Source: Methanobacteriota archaeon (GTDB lineage: Archaea > Thermoplasmatota > Thermoplasmata > SG8-5). From it: a DNA stretch of 63,347 nt. The stretch is from assembly GCA_013791785.1 (NCBI GenBank), contig VMTD01000005.1:1-63347 (forward strand), read 5' to 3'. The translations under genes were made by a program, and so were the position numbers. Positions 55,220 to 63,347 of this stretch are shown here, in pieces. Under the pieces are notes generated by a model. It searched no databases. It was given only the letters and a program-made list of their open reading frames with translations, and was not told the origin of the DNA. The number at the start of each line of letters is the position of its first letter. The first letter of the stretch is position 1.

Positions 55220-56722
55220 ATGGATGATTTGTACAAGGAACTGTGCGAGAAGGCGACCGAACTCATGGACATAGGTTCGGCAGCGGCCGTTCTGGGCTGG
55301 GACCAGCAGGTGAACATGCCGCCGGGCGGGGCTGAGGCACGGGGAAGGCAGATAGGCACTCTGGCCAAGATCGCCCATGAGACATTGATAAATCCGAGAA
55401 TCGGCGTGCTCCTGGAGAAACTGGCACCCTTCGAGGCAGAGAAAGGTTACGGTTCAAAGGAAGCAAGCATAATACGCCTGGCCAGGCGGGAATACGATAA
55501 GGCCGTGAAAGTCCCGCCGGAATTCACCGGCAGGATGAGCGTTGCCCAGTCGGAGTGTTTCGACATCTGGCTCAAGGCAAGGCCCGCCAACGATTTTGCC
55601 ATGGTCCGTCCCAGCCTGGAAAATGTCTTCGGGCTGTGCGCGGAATATTCTGATTTCTTCCCCGGTTACGAGCATCCCATGGACCCCCTCATCGACAACA
55701 ACGATTACGGGATGAAGGCATCGGACATCCGAAGCATATTCGGCGAGCTCAGAAAGCAACTCGTGCCGATGGTGGATGCCATCGACAGTCAGGAACCGGC
55801 TGACGATACTTTTCTCAGGAAAAATTTCGATGCGGACAAGCAAATCGTCTTCGGCAAATCTGTTGTCGAGAAATACGGATACGATTTCAACCGCGGCCGG
55901 CAGGACATTGCCCCCCACCCATTCACCATAAGTTTCTCTGTGGGTGACGTCAGGATAACCACCAGGGTGCGTCCCAACTTCCTGGGCTCTGCGCTTTTCG
56001 GCACGCTTCACGAAGCAGGCCATGCCATGTACGAGCAGGGCAGCGCCACGGAACTCGACGGAACACCGGTCCGCGGCGGCACCTCCATAGGCGTGCATGA
56101 GAGCCAGTCCCGTCTGTGGGAGAACATTGTGGGTCGTTCAAGGCCGTTCTGGCAGCATTACTACCCCGGCCTCCAGGGAGATTTCCCAGAGCAACTCGGG
56201 GCCGTGCCGCTGGACAAATTCTACAGAGGCATAAACAAGGTTCAGAAAAGCCTCATAAGGGTGGAGGCGGACGAGGTCACTTACAATCTGCATGTGATGC
56301 TGAGGTTCGATTTTGAATGCGATCTGCTAACCGGAAAGCTGAAAACATCCGAACTCCCCGATGCATGGAACGACCGCATGGAGGCCGATATCGGCCTTCG
56401 CCCGTCAACGGACAGCGACGGCGTCATGCAGGACATTCACTGGTACAACAGCATTGTGGGATACTTCCAGGGCTACACTCTGGGTAACATCATGAGCGCC
56501 CAGTTCTACGATGCGGCTGTGATGACGCATCCGGAAATACCGGAACAGATTGGCCAGGGCGAATTCGCCACCCTTCACGCATGGCTGAAAGAAAACATCT
56601 ACCGTCACGGCAGAAAATACACCGCCAGCGAGTTGCTGGAACGGGCAACAGGAAGCAGTCTGGAAATCGGCCCATACATGAAATACCTGAAAACGAAATA
56701 TGGCGAGTTGTACGTTCTATAG
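55220..56722 (+). CDS. Carboxypeptidase Taq-type metallopeptidase (M32)
   Basis: HEAGHAMYEQG zinc site, HESQSRLWEN, DIHW and IRVEADE. Start chosen at MDDLYKEL; the ATG at 55196 is also possible. Confidence 0.9.
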   Translation: MDDLYKELCEKATELMDIGSAAAVLGWDQQVNMPPGGAEARGRQIGTLAKIAHETLINPRIGVLLEKLAPFEAEKGYGSKEASIIRLARREYDKAVKVPPEFTGRMSVAQSECFDIWLKARPANDFAMVRPSLENVFGLCAEYSDFFPGYEHPMDPLIDNNDYGMKASDIRSIFGELRKQLVPMVDAIDSQEPADDTFLRKNFDADKQIVFGKSVVEKYGYDFNRGRQDIAPHPFTISFSVGDVRITTRVRPNFLGSALFGTLHEAGHAMYEQGSATELDGTPVRGGTSIGVHESQSRLWENIVGRSRPFWQHYYPGLQGDFPEQLGAVPLDKFYRGINKVQKSLIRVEADEVTYNLHVMLRFDFECDLLTGKLKTSELPDAWNDRMEADIGLRPSTDSDGVMQDIHWYNSIVGYFQGYTLGNIMSAQFYDAAVMTHPEIPEQIGQGEFATLHAWLKENIYRHGRKYTASELLERATGSSLEIGPYMKYLKTKYGELYVL

Positions 56723-57634
56723 AAACTTCTCCCAGGATTCGGAAACATCGTTCTCCAGGAAGCCTGCTGATTTGTAAAGCCCGATTGCAGGAACCGAATG
56801 TCCGCTAACGAAGGCCCTCTTGCACCCCAGCTTTTTCAGACGGCGTAGCCCTTCTGTTAGACAGGCCTTTCCCAGTCCCTTCCTCTGATAATCCGGGTGT
56901 GTTCCAACCGGCTCAAAATAGGCGGTGCGGGTAACATTGTCGTACCACACGGTGCAGAAACTGACGATTTCCCTGTTCTCGTCGATGGCCACGATGTCCA
57001 GTTCCATGTTGTAAAGCGGCGCGGCCCGGATGTTCCGGTACCATGCCCAGCCGTTGTAATTTTCCTCCGGGTCCTGCGGATGAAACGCCTTGAAGGAGCA
57101 CCAGCTTCTCGACGGAAGGTCATCCATCACCGCCATGTTGCGGACTGTGTATCCTTCCGGAACGGAAACATCTGGAACGTCCGCATCCAGGTCCCTGCGG
57201 TTCTGCACCTCTTTCACTTCCGGCCTGTCGATTTTGGAATAGCCCCTCTGAAGAAGAACTTCATGGCTTCCCAGGTCCCCGGAATCCGACCAGACTATGA
57301 CTTTACGCTTTCCGTCCATGCCCATGTCTGCGAGTTTGTTCTCAGCAACGGCCAGCATCTCACCGTAAAGGTCCGAGCAACAATGGTCCGGATGCATCTG
57401 GATGAACGCATGGCACTTTCCCTCCGGGTTCAGCACAGAAATAATTTCTCCGTTCTTTTCCCAGATATGGATGTTCTTTACGCCCAGGTCGCCGCAGTTC
57501 ATTGAACCGTGCCAGCGCCAGTAATCCAGCCTGGCAACATGCCATGATAACTCTCTCAAGCCGTTGGCCAGCATTACCTCTCTCAGGAACCCACGTACTG
57601 CGGAATAATCCTCTTCACCGGCGTATTGCCGCAT
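56717..57634 (-). CDS. GNAT-family N-acetyltransferase (two-lobed, 305 aa)
   Basis: The C-terminal lobe has VGTHPDYQRKGLGKACL (the Q/R-x-x-G-x-G/A acetyl-CoA site). Confidence 0.8.
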   Translation of the reverse strand: MRQYAGEEDYSAVRGFLREVMLANGLRELSWHVARLDYWRWHGSMNCGDLGVKNIHIWEKNGEIISVLNPEGKCHAFIQMHPDHCCSDLYGEMLAVAENKLADMGMDGKRKVIVWSDSGDLGSHEVLLQRGYSKIDRPEVKEVQNRRDLDADVPDVSVPEGYTVRNMAVMDDLPSRSWCSFKAFHPQDPEENYNGWAWYRNIRAAPLYNMELDIVAIDENREIVSFCTVWYDNVTRTAYFEPVGTHPDYQRKGLGKACLTEGLRRLKKLGCKRAFVSGHSVPAIGLYKSAGFLENDVSESWEKFL

Positions 57635-57650
57635 GACTGGTTTGATTGTC

Positions 57651-57932
57651 TCACCTGGAATCCGTGACCTTGATGATGTGGTATCCGAACTGGGTCTTCA
57701 CCGGACCGATGATATCGCCCTTCTTGGCTGCGAAAGCAGCTGTTTCAAATTCCTTCACCATTTTGTTCCTGGTGAAGTATCCCAGGTCGCCGCCCTTCTT
57801 TCCCGAGGGGCAGGAAGAATGTTTCTTTGCCAGGTCCTCGAAATTGGCCCCGCCCTTGAGCTTGTCCATCAATTTGTCCGCTTCCGTTTGTTTATCCACA
57901 AGGATGTGGGATGCTCGTACTTCCTTTGCCAT
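57651..57932 (-). CDS. Parvulin-type peptidyl-prolyl cis-trans isomerase (PpiC/PinA-like)
   Basis: MAKEVRASHILV...GGDLGYF...FGYHIIKV; 93 aa from the internal ATG. Confidence 0.88.
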   Translation of the reverse strand: MAKEVRASHILVDKQTEADKLMDKLKGGANFEDLAKKHSSCPSGKKGGDLGYFTRNKMVKEFETAAFAAKKGDIIGPVKTQFGYHIIKVTDSR

Positions 57933-58021
57933 AATATCGCCAGTTGGGAATGTGTTTCCGAATATATAATGTTGAGGAAGGATTAGGCGGTGAATCGTCC
58001 CCTTCCAGCCAATCCCATCAT

Positions 58022-58124
58022 GCCCCGCCTGTGAGGGCGGGGTTGTGCGCCTGATTGGACGAATCAGGCGAGGTGACACGATTACCGTCATCATCCTTTG
58101 GAAGCCTCGCCTGTAAGGGCGGGG
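58022..58124. other. Three GC-rich hairpins in a divergent intergenic region
   Basis: CCCCGCC-TGTGAG-GGCGGGG (58023-58042), CGCCTGATT-GGACG-AATCAGGCG (58048-58070) and CCTCGCC-TGTAAG-GGCGGGG (58105-58124). Confidence 0.5.
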
Positions 58125-58235
58125 AGGAGTTTAAACATGCATAAAACCCGGCTCCGGGGCTATGGCACCGGTTGACTCCCAATGCACGGGGCGATTGGCC
58201 AGAGAACTATTATTCATTGAACCTATGTCCCACCC

Positions 58236-58430
58236 ATGGACTGCAAAAAAGAACAGAATCTGAAGAACTGCAACTGCACCTATTCCTGCGGCAAGAAGGG
58301 CATGTGCTGCGAGTGCCTGCACTACCACCTGGCCATGAAGCAGCTTCCGGCGTGTTGTTTTCCTGCGGAGGCCGAGAAAACCTATGACCGGTCATTCGAG
58401 AAGTTCGCGGAAGCCTGGGGTTTACAGTAG
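58236..58430 (+). CDS. Small cysteine-rich protein (11 Cys within the first 41 of 64 aa)
   Basis: MDCKKEQNLKNCNCTYSCGKKGMCCECLHYHLAMKQLPACCF. Resembles a small conserved Cys-rich family, recalled as DUF6485 but unverified. Confidence 0.55.
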   Translation: MDCKKEQNLKNCNCTYSCGKKGMCCECLHYHLAMKQLPACCFPAEAEKTYDRSFEKFAEAWGLQ

Positions 58431-58468
58431 TGTGGAAAAACAAAACCAGCCCATTCAAGGGCTGGTTT

Positions 58469-59215
58469 TTACATATACATGCCGCCGTTGATATCGAGGA
58501 CGTGGCCCGTGATGTAGGCCGCTTTATCCGAGGCGAGATACACGCAAGCGTAAGCGACTTCCTCAGGTTCGCCGAAACGGCCCAGCGGTATGCCCTTGAG
58601 GATCTTCTCCTTTACCTCTTCAGGGATTCCCTCCACCATGTCTGTCCGCGTGAATCCAGGTGCGATTGCGTTGACGGTGACCTTGCTCCTGGCCATCTCT
58701 CTGGCCAGGGCTTTTGTCATGCCTATTACACCCGCCTTCGCAGCGGCGTAGTTTACTTGCCCGATGTTTCCCATCTGACCCACTACCGATGCGATATTGA
58801 TGATTCGTCCGTACTTTGATTCGGTGATGTGATCGAGAAATACCTTGGAGCAGTTAAAATAGCCAGTCAGGTTCACATCGATTACCTGCTGCCATTCCGC
58901 CTCGTTCATCTTCGAGAACATTCTATCGATATTTATGCCAGCATTATTGACCAGAATGTCTATCTTCCCGAAATTCTTCTCGATGGCGGTTTTCATCTTC
59001 CGTACTTCCGTGATATTGCTCGTGCTTGCCGGATATACCCATGTGTTTCTGCCGAACTTCTCGATCTCTCTCGCGATATCGTCAGCCTTCTGCTCGCTCT
59101 TGATGAAGTTGACAACGACATCCGCTCCTTCCTTCGCTAGCCCCTTGGCTACCTCTCTCCCGATTCCCCTGCTAGCCCCCGTGACGAGGGCCTTTCTTCC
59201 GTCCAACAATCCCAT
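58469..59215 (-). CDS. SDR 3-oxoacyl reductase (FabG / acetoacetyl-CoA reductase PhaB-like)
   Basis: TGASRGIG, NNAG and YAAAKAG; 248 aa; next to the PHA genes. Confidence 0.88.
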   Translation of the reverse strand: MGLLDGRKALVTGASRGIGREVAKGLAKEGADVVVNFIKSEQKADDIAREIEKFGRNTWVYPASTSNITEVRKMKTAIEKNFGKIDILVNNAGINIDRMFSKMNEAEWQQVIDVNLTGYFNCSKVFLDHITESKYGRIINIASVVGQMGNIGQVNYAAAKAGVIGMTKALAREMARSKVTVNAIAPGFTRTDMVEGIPEEVKEKILKGIPLGRFGEPEEVAYACVYLASDKAAYITGHVLDINGGMYM

Positions 59216-59227
59216 GTTCAGTCACCT

Positions 59228-60013
59228 CTATTTGTTTTTATATTTAGGTTCTCTTTTCTCTAGAAATGCGTTCATTGCTTCTTTTACGTCGTATGTGTCG
59301 AAGAGCGCACCCCATGCCTGGATTTCGTAAGCCAGACCCGCATTGAGCGGTGTTTCTAGAGCCATGGCGATTGCCCTTTTTGCTGAGATGAGGGCTGGCC
59401 TGCTCTTCGCACTAAGAATTCCAGTGAGATGCAATATGGCAAGTTCCAATTGCTCATGCGGTACAATCATGTTCACGAGCCCAATGGACAGCGCTTCCTC
59501 TGCGGTTATGTGCTTTCCTGTGTATATCATTTCTTTGGCTTTACCCAGACCTACTATTCTGCATAATCTCTGTGTTCCGCCCCAGCCAGGTATTATCCCA
59601 ATATCGATTTCCGGCTGGGAAAAAACAGCATCCGGAGTTGCGATGCGGAGGTCGCAGGCACAGGAAAGTTCAACACCGCCTCCAAAAACGAATCCATTGA
59701 GAACAGCGATAACTGGAGGGAGGTCACGCTCAATTGTATGGCCCACTTTGTGCCCCAATCTCGCAAACTCGATTGCTTCGAGCACAGTTTTTTCGCGCAT
59801 CTCCCTGATGTCCGCACCGGCCGTGAATAGCTTCATGCTGTTGCTTCTCCAGACCACGACGCTGACGTTCGTATCCTTGGCAATCTTCTGGAAAGCGTTG
59901 TCGAGTTCCAAGAGCGTTTCTTGATTGAGAACATTGAGGCATTTCGGTCGGTTGAGTGTGACCGTGGCGACCGACCCCTTGATGTCTAACAGGATATTGT
60001 TGTATTCATCCAT
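59228..60013 (-). CDS. Enoyl-CoA hydratase/isomerase (crotonase fold)
   Basis: VATVTLNRPKCLNVLN, FTAGADI and FGGGVELSCACD. Start at MDEYNN, 4 nt after the phaC stop. Confidence 0.85.
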   Translation of the reverse strand: MDEYNNILLDIKGSVATVTLNRPKCLNVLNQETLLELDNAFQKIAKDTNVSVVVWRSNSMKLFTAGADIREMREKTVLEAIEFARLGHKVGHTIERDLPPVIAVLNGFVFGGGVELSCACDLRIATPDAVFSQPEIDIGIIPGWGGTQRLCRIVGLGKAKEMIYTGKHITAEEALSIGLVNMIVPHEQLELAILHLTGILSAKSRPALISAKRAIAMALETPLNAGLAYEIQAWGALFDTYDVKEAMNAFLEKREPKYKNK

Positions 60014-60017
60014 AAAA

Positions 60018-61079
60018 TCACTTCTCAGAATGCTTAGCAAGCCATTCGATTACTTCAGGCCACATGACCTTGTGGGCTTTTCTACCAACGGATATACCGA
60101 TGTGTCCTGATGGGTTCTCGAAGACTTTTGTATCTTTACTTTTAACGTGTGGCAAAAGGCCAAGGGTCGAGTCGGGCGGCACTAAATTGTCAGAGGTTCC
60201 CACAATCAGAAGAAGCGGCATGGTAATCTTCTTCAAGCTGACTGGTTTTCCAGCGACCATGAGTTCGCCTTTTACTAATTTGTTTCCCTGATATCCATCT
60301 TGAATCCATTCCACAAAGAACCTCGCAGGTATCGAGATGCCATCGTTATTCCACTTCTCCATCCTGAAGAAATTATCCACGTAGTCTTTATCATCCACTT
60401 TTTCTACCAAGCCCAGGTACTTCAGGTAAGTATTCTCCATAGGGTTCAAGAGCATAAATCCATTATTGAGTATATCTGGCGTGCAGTTTCCATACGCTTC
60501 GGTGAATCTCGACACGTCAAATATGTCCTTCTGTGTCCAGACGTGCAACGGACCCCCCTTGACATTGAAGTCGATTGGTGCGGACATGATTATGAGGTTC
60601 TTCACCCTCTTCGGGTATAGAGAACTGAATATCGTTGAAAAGTACCCGCCGATGCAATATCCTAACAGTGAGATTTGGGTGCAGGAATTTTCTTTGCAGA
60701 TGTGATCCACCGCATACCTCATGTAGAAATTTATATAATCATCCAAACAGGTGAATTTGTCCGCGTCAGAAGGCGAACCCCAATCTATGAGGTAGACATC
60801 GAATCCCTTTTCGAGGAATTTTCTGACTACGCTCCTGTCCTCCTGTAGGTCCAGGATATATGGTTTGTTGATGACCGCATAAACCATTAGCAGGGGCGTG
60901 CGGAATCCTTTCTTGGCTAGCGGTTTGAATCTGAGGAGACGCATTTTATTGTACTCAAAAACGACATCATATTCTGTCGTCTCACTGTTTATTGAATGCG
61001 GATTGGCAGTGAGATTAAACGCTTTGGCCAGCTTGAGATTGCCCTGCATTATTTCCTTTATAATGGCTTCGTTCATCAT
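60018..61079 (-). CDS. phaC: Class III poly(3-hydroxyalkanoate) synthase catalytic subunit
   Basis: 353-aa alpha/beta hydrolase with the lipase-box variant GYCIGG (catalytic Cys). Translationally coupled to the upstream small subunit gene. Confidence 0.85.
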   Translation of the reverse strand: MMNEAIIKEIMQGNLKLAKAFNLTANPHSINSETTEYDVVFEYNKMRLLRFKPLAKKGFRTPLLMVYAVINKPYILDLQEDRSVVRKFLEKGFDVYLIDWGSPSDADKFTCLDDYINFYMRYAVDHICKENSCTQISLLGYCIGGYFSTIFSSLYPKRVKNLIIMSAPIDFNVKGGPLHVWTQKDIFDVSRFTEAYGNCTPDILNNGFMLLNPMENTYLKYLGLVEKVDDKDYVDNFFRMEKWNNDGISIPARFFVEWIQDGYQGNKLVKGELMVAGKPVSLKKITMPLLLIVGTSDNLVPPDSTLGLLPHVKSKDTKVFENPSGHIGISVGRKAHKVMWPEVIEWLAKHSEK

Positions 61080-61588
61080 TTCCCTCCTTTGAGTTCTGAT
61101 ATCGCGTCCTGTAGGCGGTCCAGTTTTTTATTGAGATTATATAGATTGAAATTTATATCATCCAGGTCTTTCCTGGTAACAATGCCAAAGAGTTTAAGGT
61201 TCTCATCATTTGCCTTGTCCAGACGGATTTTCATGTCGGTTTTGTCTGCATATGCCTGTTTTAAATATGCCAGGAATGCCGGGGAAACAAGAAATTCCTT
61301 CAGCATATCAGAGTAGGCGCGCATGGCGGAAACGAATAATTCTTTCTGTTTCTGGAGTGACCCCTCATCCCCCTTCATGATCTGTGGCATTGCCATTGTA
61401 ATATCCATATTCATTTTTTCCCAGTAATTATTCATGATGTTTGTGAACAGTGCCGAGTTCGTCGTATCCATTGGGGAACCGGGTTTGATTGCTTCGTTCC
61501 AGTTCTTGAACATTTCCTCTTGGTACTTTCGCATCACTTCGATGAGTTCCTCCGTTTTATCGTTGTTTTTTGAATTAGAACTGGCCAT
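61076..61588 (-). CDS. phaE: Putative PHA synthase subunit PhaE (short archaeal type)
   Basis: 170-aa helical protein. ATGATGA overlap with phaC. C-terminal TRKDLDDINFNLYNLNKKLDRLQ. The position is as in archaeal phaEC operons. Confidence 0.6.
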   Translation of the reverse strand: MASSNSKNNDKTEELIEVMRKYQEEMFKNWNEAIKPGSPMDTTNSALFTNIMNNYWEKMNMDITMAMPQIMKGDEGSLQKQKELFVSAMRAYSDMLKEFLVSPAFLAYLKQAYADKTDMKIRLDKANDENLKLFGIVTRKDLDDINFNLYNLNKKLDRLQDAISELKGGK

Positions 61589-62460
61589 TAATTGTGGCCC
61601 CCTTCTGATTCTTTTGATTTCTTCTTGAGTTTCTTTTCTAACTCATTTACCTGAGCCCTAAGTTGGTTTACCTCATCCTCTAGGCTTGATGTGCTAGTAG
61701 ACGCTGTGAAAGAGTTGAAGGGAGTCCACCTGGATGCGTCGAAAAAACTAGCATAAAGTTTATCGTAATCTGTCTGGGGACCTATTCCCATGAGCGATTT
61801 CCTGATAGTTTCCATGGTCTGGAACCAGCTTTTCTGGAACTCCCAGATTGCGTTCCGGGAGACATCTCCGTAATTGGCATTCCGCTCATCTTCTAAATTG
61901 GAATACATTTCCCGCAAGCTTCTTTCGATGGTTCCTAGGTGGGGCAGGTTGGGGTCCATATTCGAAATGGTTGAGTCCATCTTTTCTTTCAACTCAGATA
62001 CGATGTCGTTCAACGCCTGGTACTCTACCCTGCTTTCCGTTATGTAATCGCTTACCAGTTGCATCATTGTCGAGGTAAGCTCGGACCAGGAGGTGTAAAT
62101 ACATTCATTGCCTCCATTGCTCTTGGAATCGAGCAAGGCGATGACGTTTTCCGCATGTTTGGTCCACATTTTCTCCAACGCGACATATGGGGCATTTCCC
62201 CCCTCCAATATTTGTATCATCCTGGCATTAATTTTATTCTGGTAATTCTTCCAGACATTGTAGATTTCCAGGTAGGGCTCTTTGTTCTCGCTGAGTATAT
62301 CTGTCATAAGTTTATTGACGGGTTCGGATTCCGCCAACCATTTTGTTGAGATATCTTCGTATTGTTTCGTTACGTTCTTGATGCCCATCTGTATCTGATT
62401 CGCAATATTTTTTTGCAATTCGTTCCAAACGTCATTGAAAGATTGATTTGTTTCGTTCAT
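61588..62460 (-). CDS. Phasin-like / PHA-granule-associated helical protein, paralog 1
   Basis: 290 aa. W/Q/N-rich helical repeats (FNDVWNELQKNIANQ..., IYNVWKNYQNKINARM) and a C-terminal coiled coil. TAATG overlap with phaE. Confidence 0.6.
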   Translation of the reverse strand: MNETNQSFNDVWNELQKNIANQIQMGIKNVTKQYEDISTKWLAESEPVNKLMTDILSENKEPYLEIYNVWKNYQNKINARMIQILEGGNAPYVALEKMWTKHAENVIALLDSKSNGGNECIYTSWSELTSTMMQLVSDYITESRVEYQALNDIVSELKEKMDSTISNMDPNLPHLGTIERSLREMYSNLEDERNANYGDVSRNAIWEFQKSWFQTMETIRKSLMGIGPQTDYDKLYASFFDASRWTPFNSFTASTSTSSLEDEVNQLRAQVNELEKKLKKKSKESEGGHN

Positions 62461-62480
62461 TGTTATCTCCCGCCTTTATA

Positions 62481-63074
62481 CTAAATTTCGTTGGTCGCTT
62501 GCTTCGCCAGAATTTCATTCATCTTCTTGGTGAATTCCATCCAGGTGGATTCGATTGAATTGTATTCGCGCGCCATGGCAGCATTATCCTTCTCGAAGAG
62601 GTCTGCGGTGTACTTGGGCAAATCCTCGTACATTGTAGCAAGGTTCTGAAGGTGATTCTTCTGTTCCTCCCCTCGTGAACTGGCTACTTTATTCATAATA
62701 TCGGTGAAAACACTCCGCTTGTCGAATAGTTCCGCATACTGGTTGATGTTCTTCCGCGTGGTTTCCAGAAGATTTGTATTGATCTTGGCGTATTGCTCTT
62801 TCCAGAGGTTGGCCAACTCTCGGTAGTCATTGTCGCCAATGTCCTTGCTGACATTCTCATGTACGCTGGCATTGAATGTTGCCCAATTTTTTCCAATATT
62901 CATATATTGTTTCTGCTGGGCATCAATCGCTTTGTTCATCTGATTGAACATGTCTAGTTGCTGTTCCATCCAGATATTCATAATGTCTTCCATGTTCTCC
63001 CCTGAAGCGTTTTTCTTCTCTTCATTGCACTTTTCGTCAGCTCTAGGCTTTTCATTGACTTTCTTCTTTACCAT
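62481..63074 (-). CDS. Phasin-like / PHA-granule-associated helical protein, paralog 2
   Basis: 197 aa. IMNIWMEQQLDMFNQ... and LANLWKEQYAKINTNL parallel paralog 1. Strong GGAGG RBS. Confidence 0.6.
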   Translation of the reverse strand: MVKKKVNEKPRADEKCNEEKKNASGENMEDIMNIWMEQQLDMFNQMNKAIDAQQKQYMNIGKNWATFNASVHENVSKDIGDNDYRELANLWKEQYAKINTNLLETTRKNINQYAELFDKRSVFTDIMNKVASSRGEEQKNHLQNLATMYEDLPKYTADLFEKDNAAMAREYNSIESTWMEFTKKMNEILAKQATNEI

Positions 63075-63295
63075 TTTCTTTCCTCCCTCATGTGCGTGAA
63101 AAATACTATAGATTCGTATTTATCACAAATATAACCTTCACACTTGAAAATCTATTATTATGTCAAGGTATATGTAGTTTTCTATGGTGACACATGTATA
63201 TGGGTCGCACAAGTACATCATCAATTAACCGAAATTAGGTAATGTCCTCGATTGTACCGCATAACTAATATACTTGATGTTGCATATATGTTCTT

Positions 63296-63347
63296 ATGGC
63301 GAGACCACGAAGTGAAGTAAAAATTACGTGCCAGATTCCCACGTGCA
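63296..63347 (+). CDS. 5' end of a divergent ORF (MARPRSEVKITCQIPTC...), cut by the window edge; possibly a small AbrB/SpoVT-type regulator
   Basis: Only 17 codons are visible. The guess rests on position (divergent from the PHA cluster) and a weak K-I-T-x-Q-I-P pattern. Confidence 0.25.
   Translation, partial: MARPRSEVKITCQIPTC

Noticed and set aside
58010-58100. Possible C/D box sRNA on the minus strand (ATGATGA at about 58088-58096, CTGA at about 58064-58067)
   Set aside because: The C-to-D' spacing is about 20 nt rather than about 12. There is no proper C'/D pair or terminal stem, and the ATGATGA is simply the start of a spurious ORF extension.

Overview
This is a chromosomal segment from an archaeon. 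The evidence is ether-lipid genes (GGGP and DGGGP synthases), aIF5A, an S15 gene next to a RecJ/GAN-like DHH gene, a tRNA with no encoded CCA followed by an oligo-T terminator, and BRE/TATA-like promoters close to start codons. The gene content suggests a sediment or marine Thermoplasmatota-like organism, but I cannot verify the taxon. Housekeeping genes: metG, acyl-CoA dehydrogenase, speB, pdxT, thiE, thiM, mnmA, an aminotransferase, pyrF, an XPD-like helicase, an M32 carboxypeptidase and a parvulin. They are interleaved with three islands of very large, sequon-rich surface proteins with C-terminal TM anchors: 5094-15590, 23996-27601 and 40885-52327. The first island is co-directional with an ABC-2 exporter and includes a secreted clan-CD (caspase-like) protease. 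A class III PHA cluster (fabG/phaB-like, crotonase, phaC, phaE, two phasin-like paralogs) fills 58469-63074. The clearest unannotated signal is in the intergenic DNA. Eight copies of a non-autonomous element have GTAAG... terminal inverted repeats and heptad arrays, and three copies keep 8-bp target-site duplications (8/8, 8/8 and 7/8). There is also a 55-bp hairpin element family and an ~80-nt structured module with compensatory changes. Stop codons of five genes lie inside these repeats. A 152-nt direct repeat (about 93% identical by hand alignment) grafts the 3' end of the ABC-2 permease gene onto a 1374-aa surface protein gene 10.5 kb away. All calls come from reading the sequence and ORF translations; no database search was possible.
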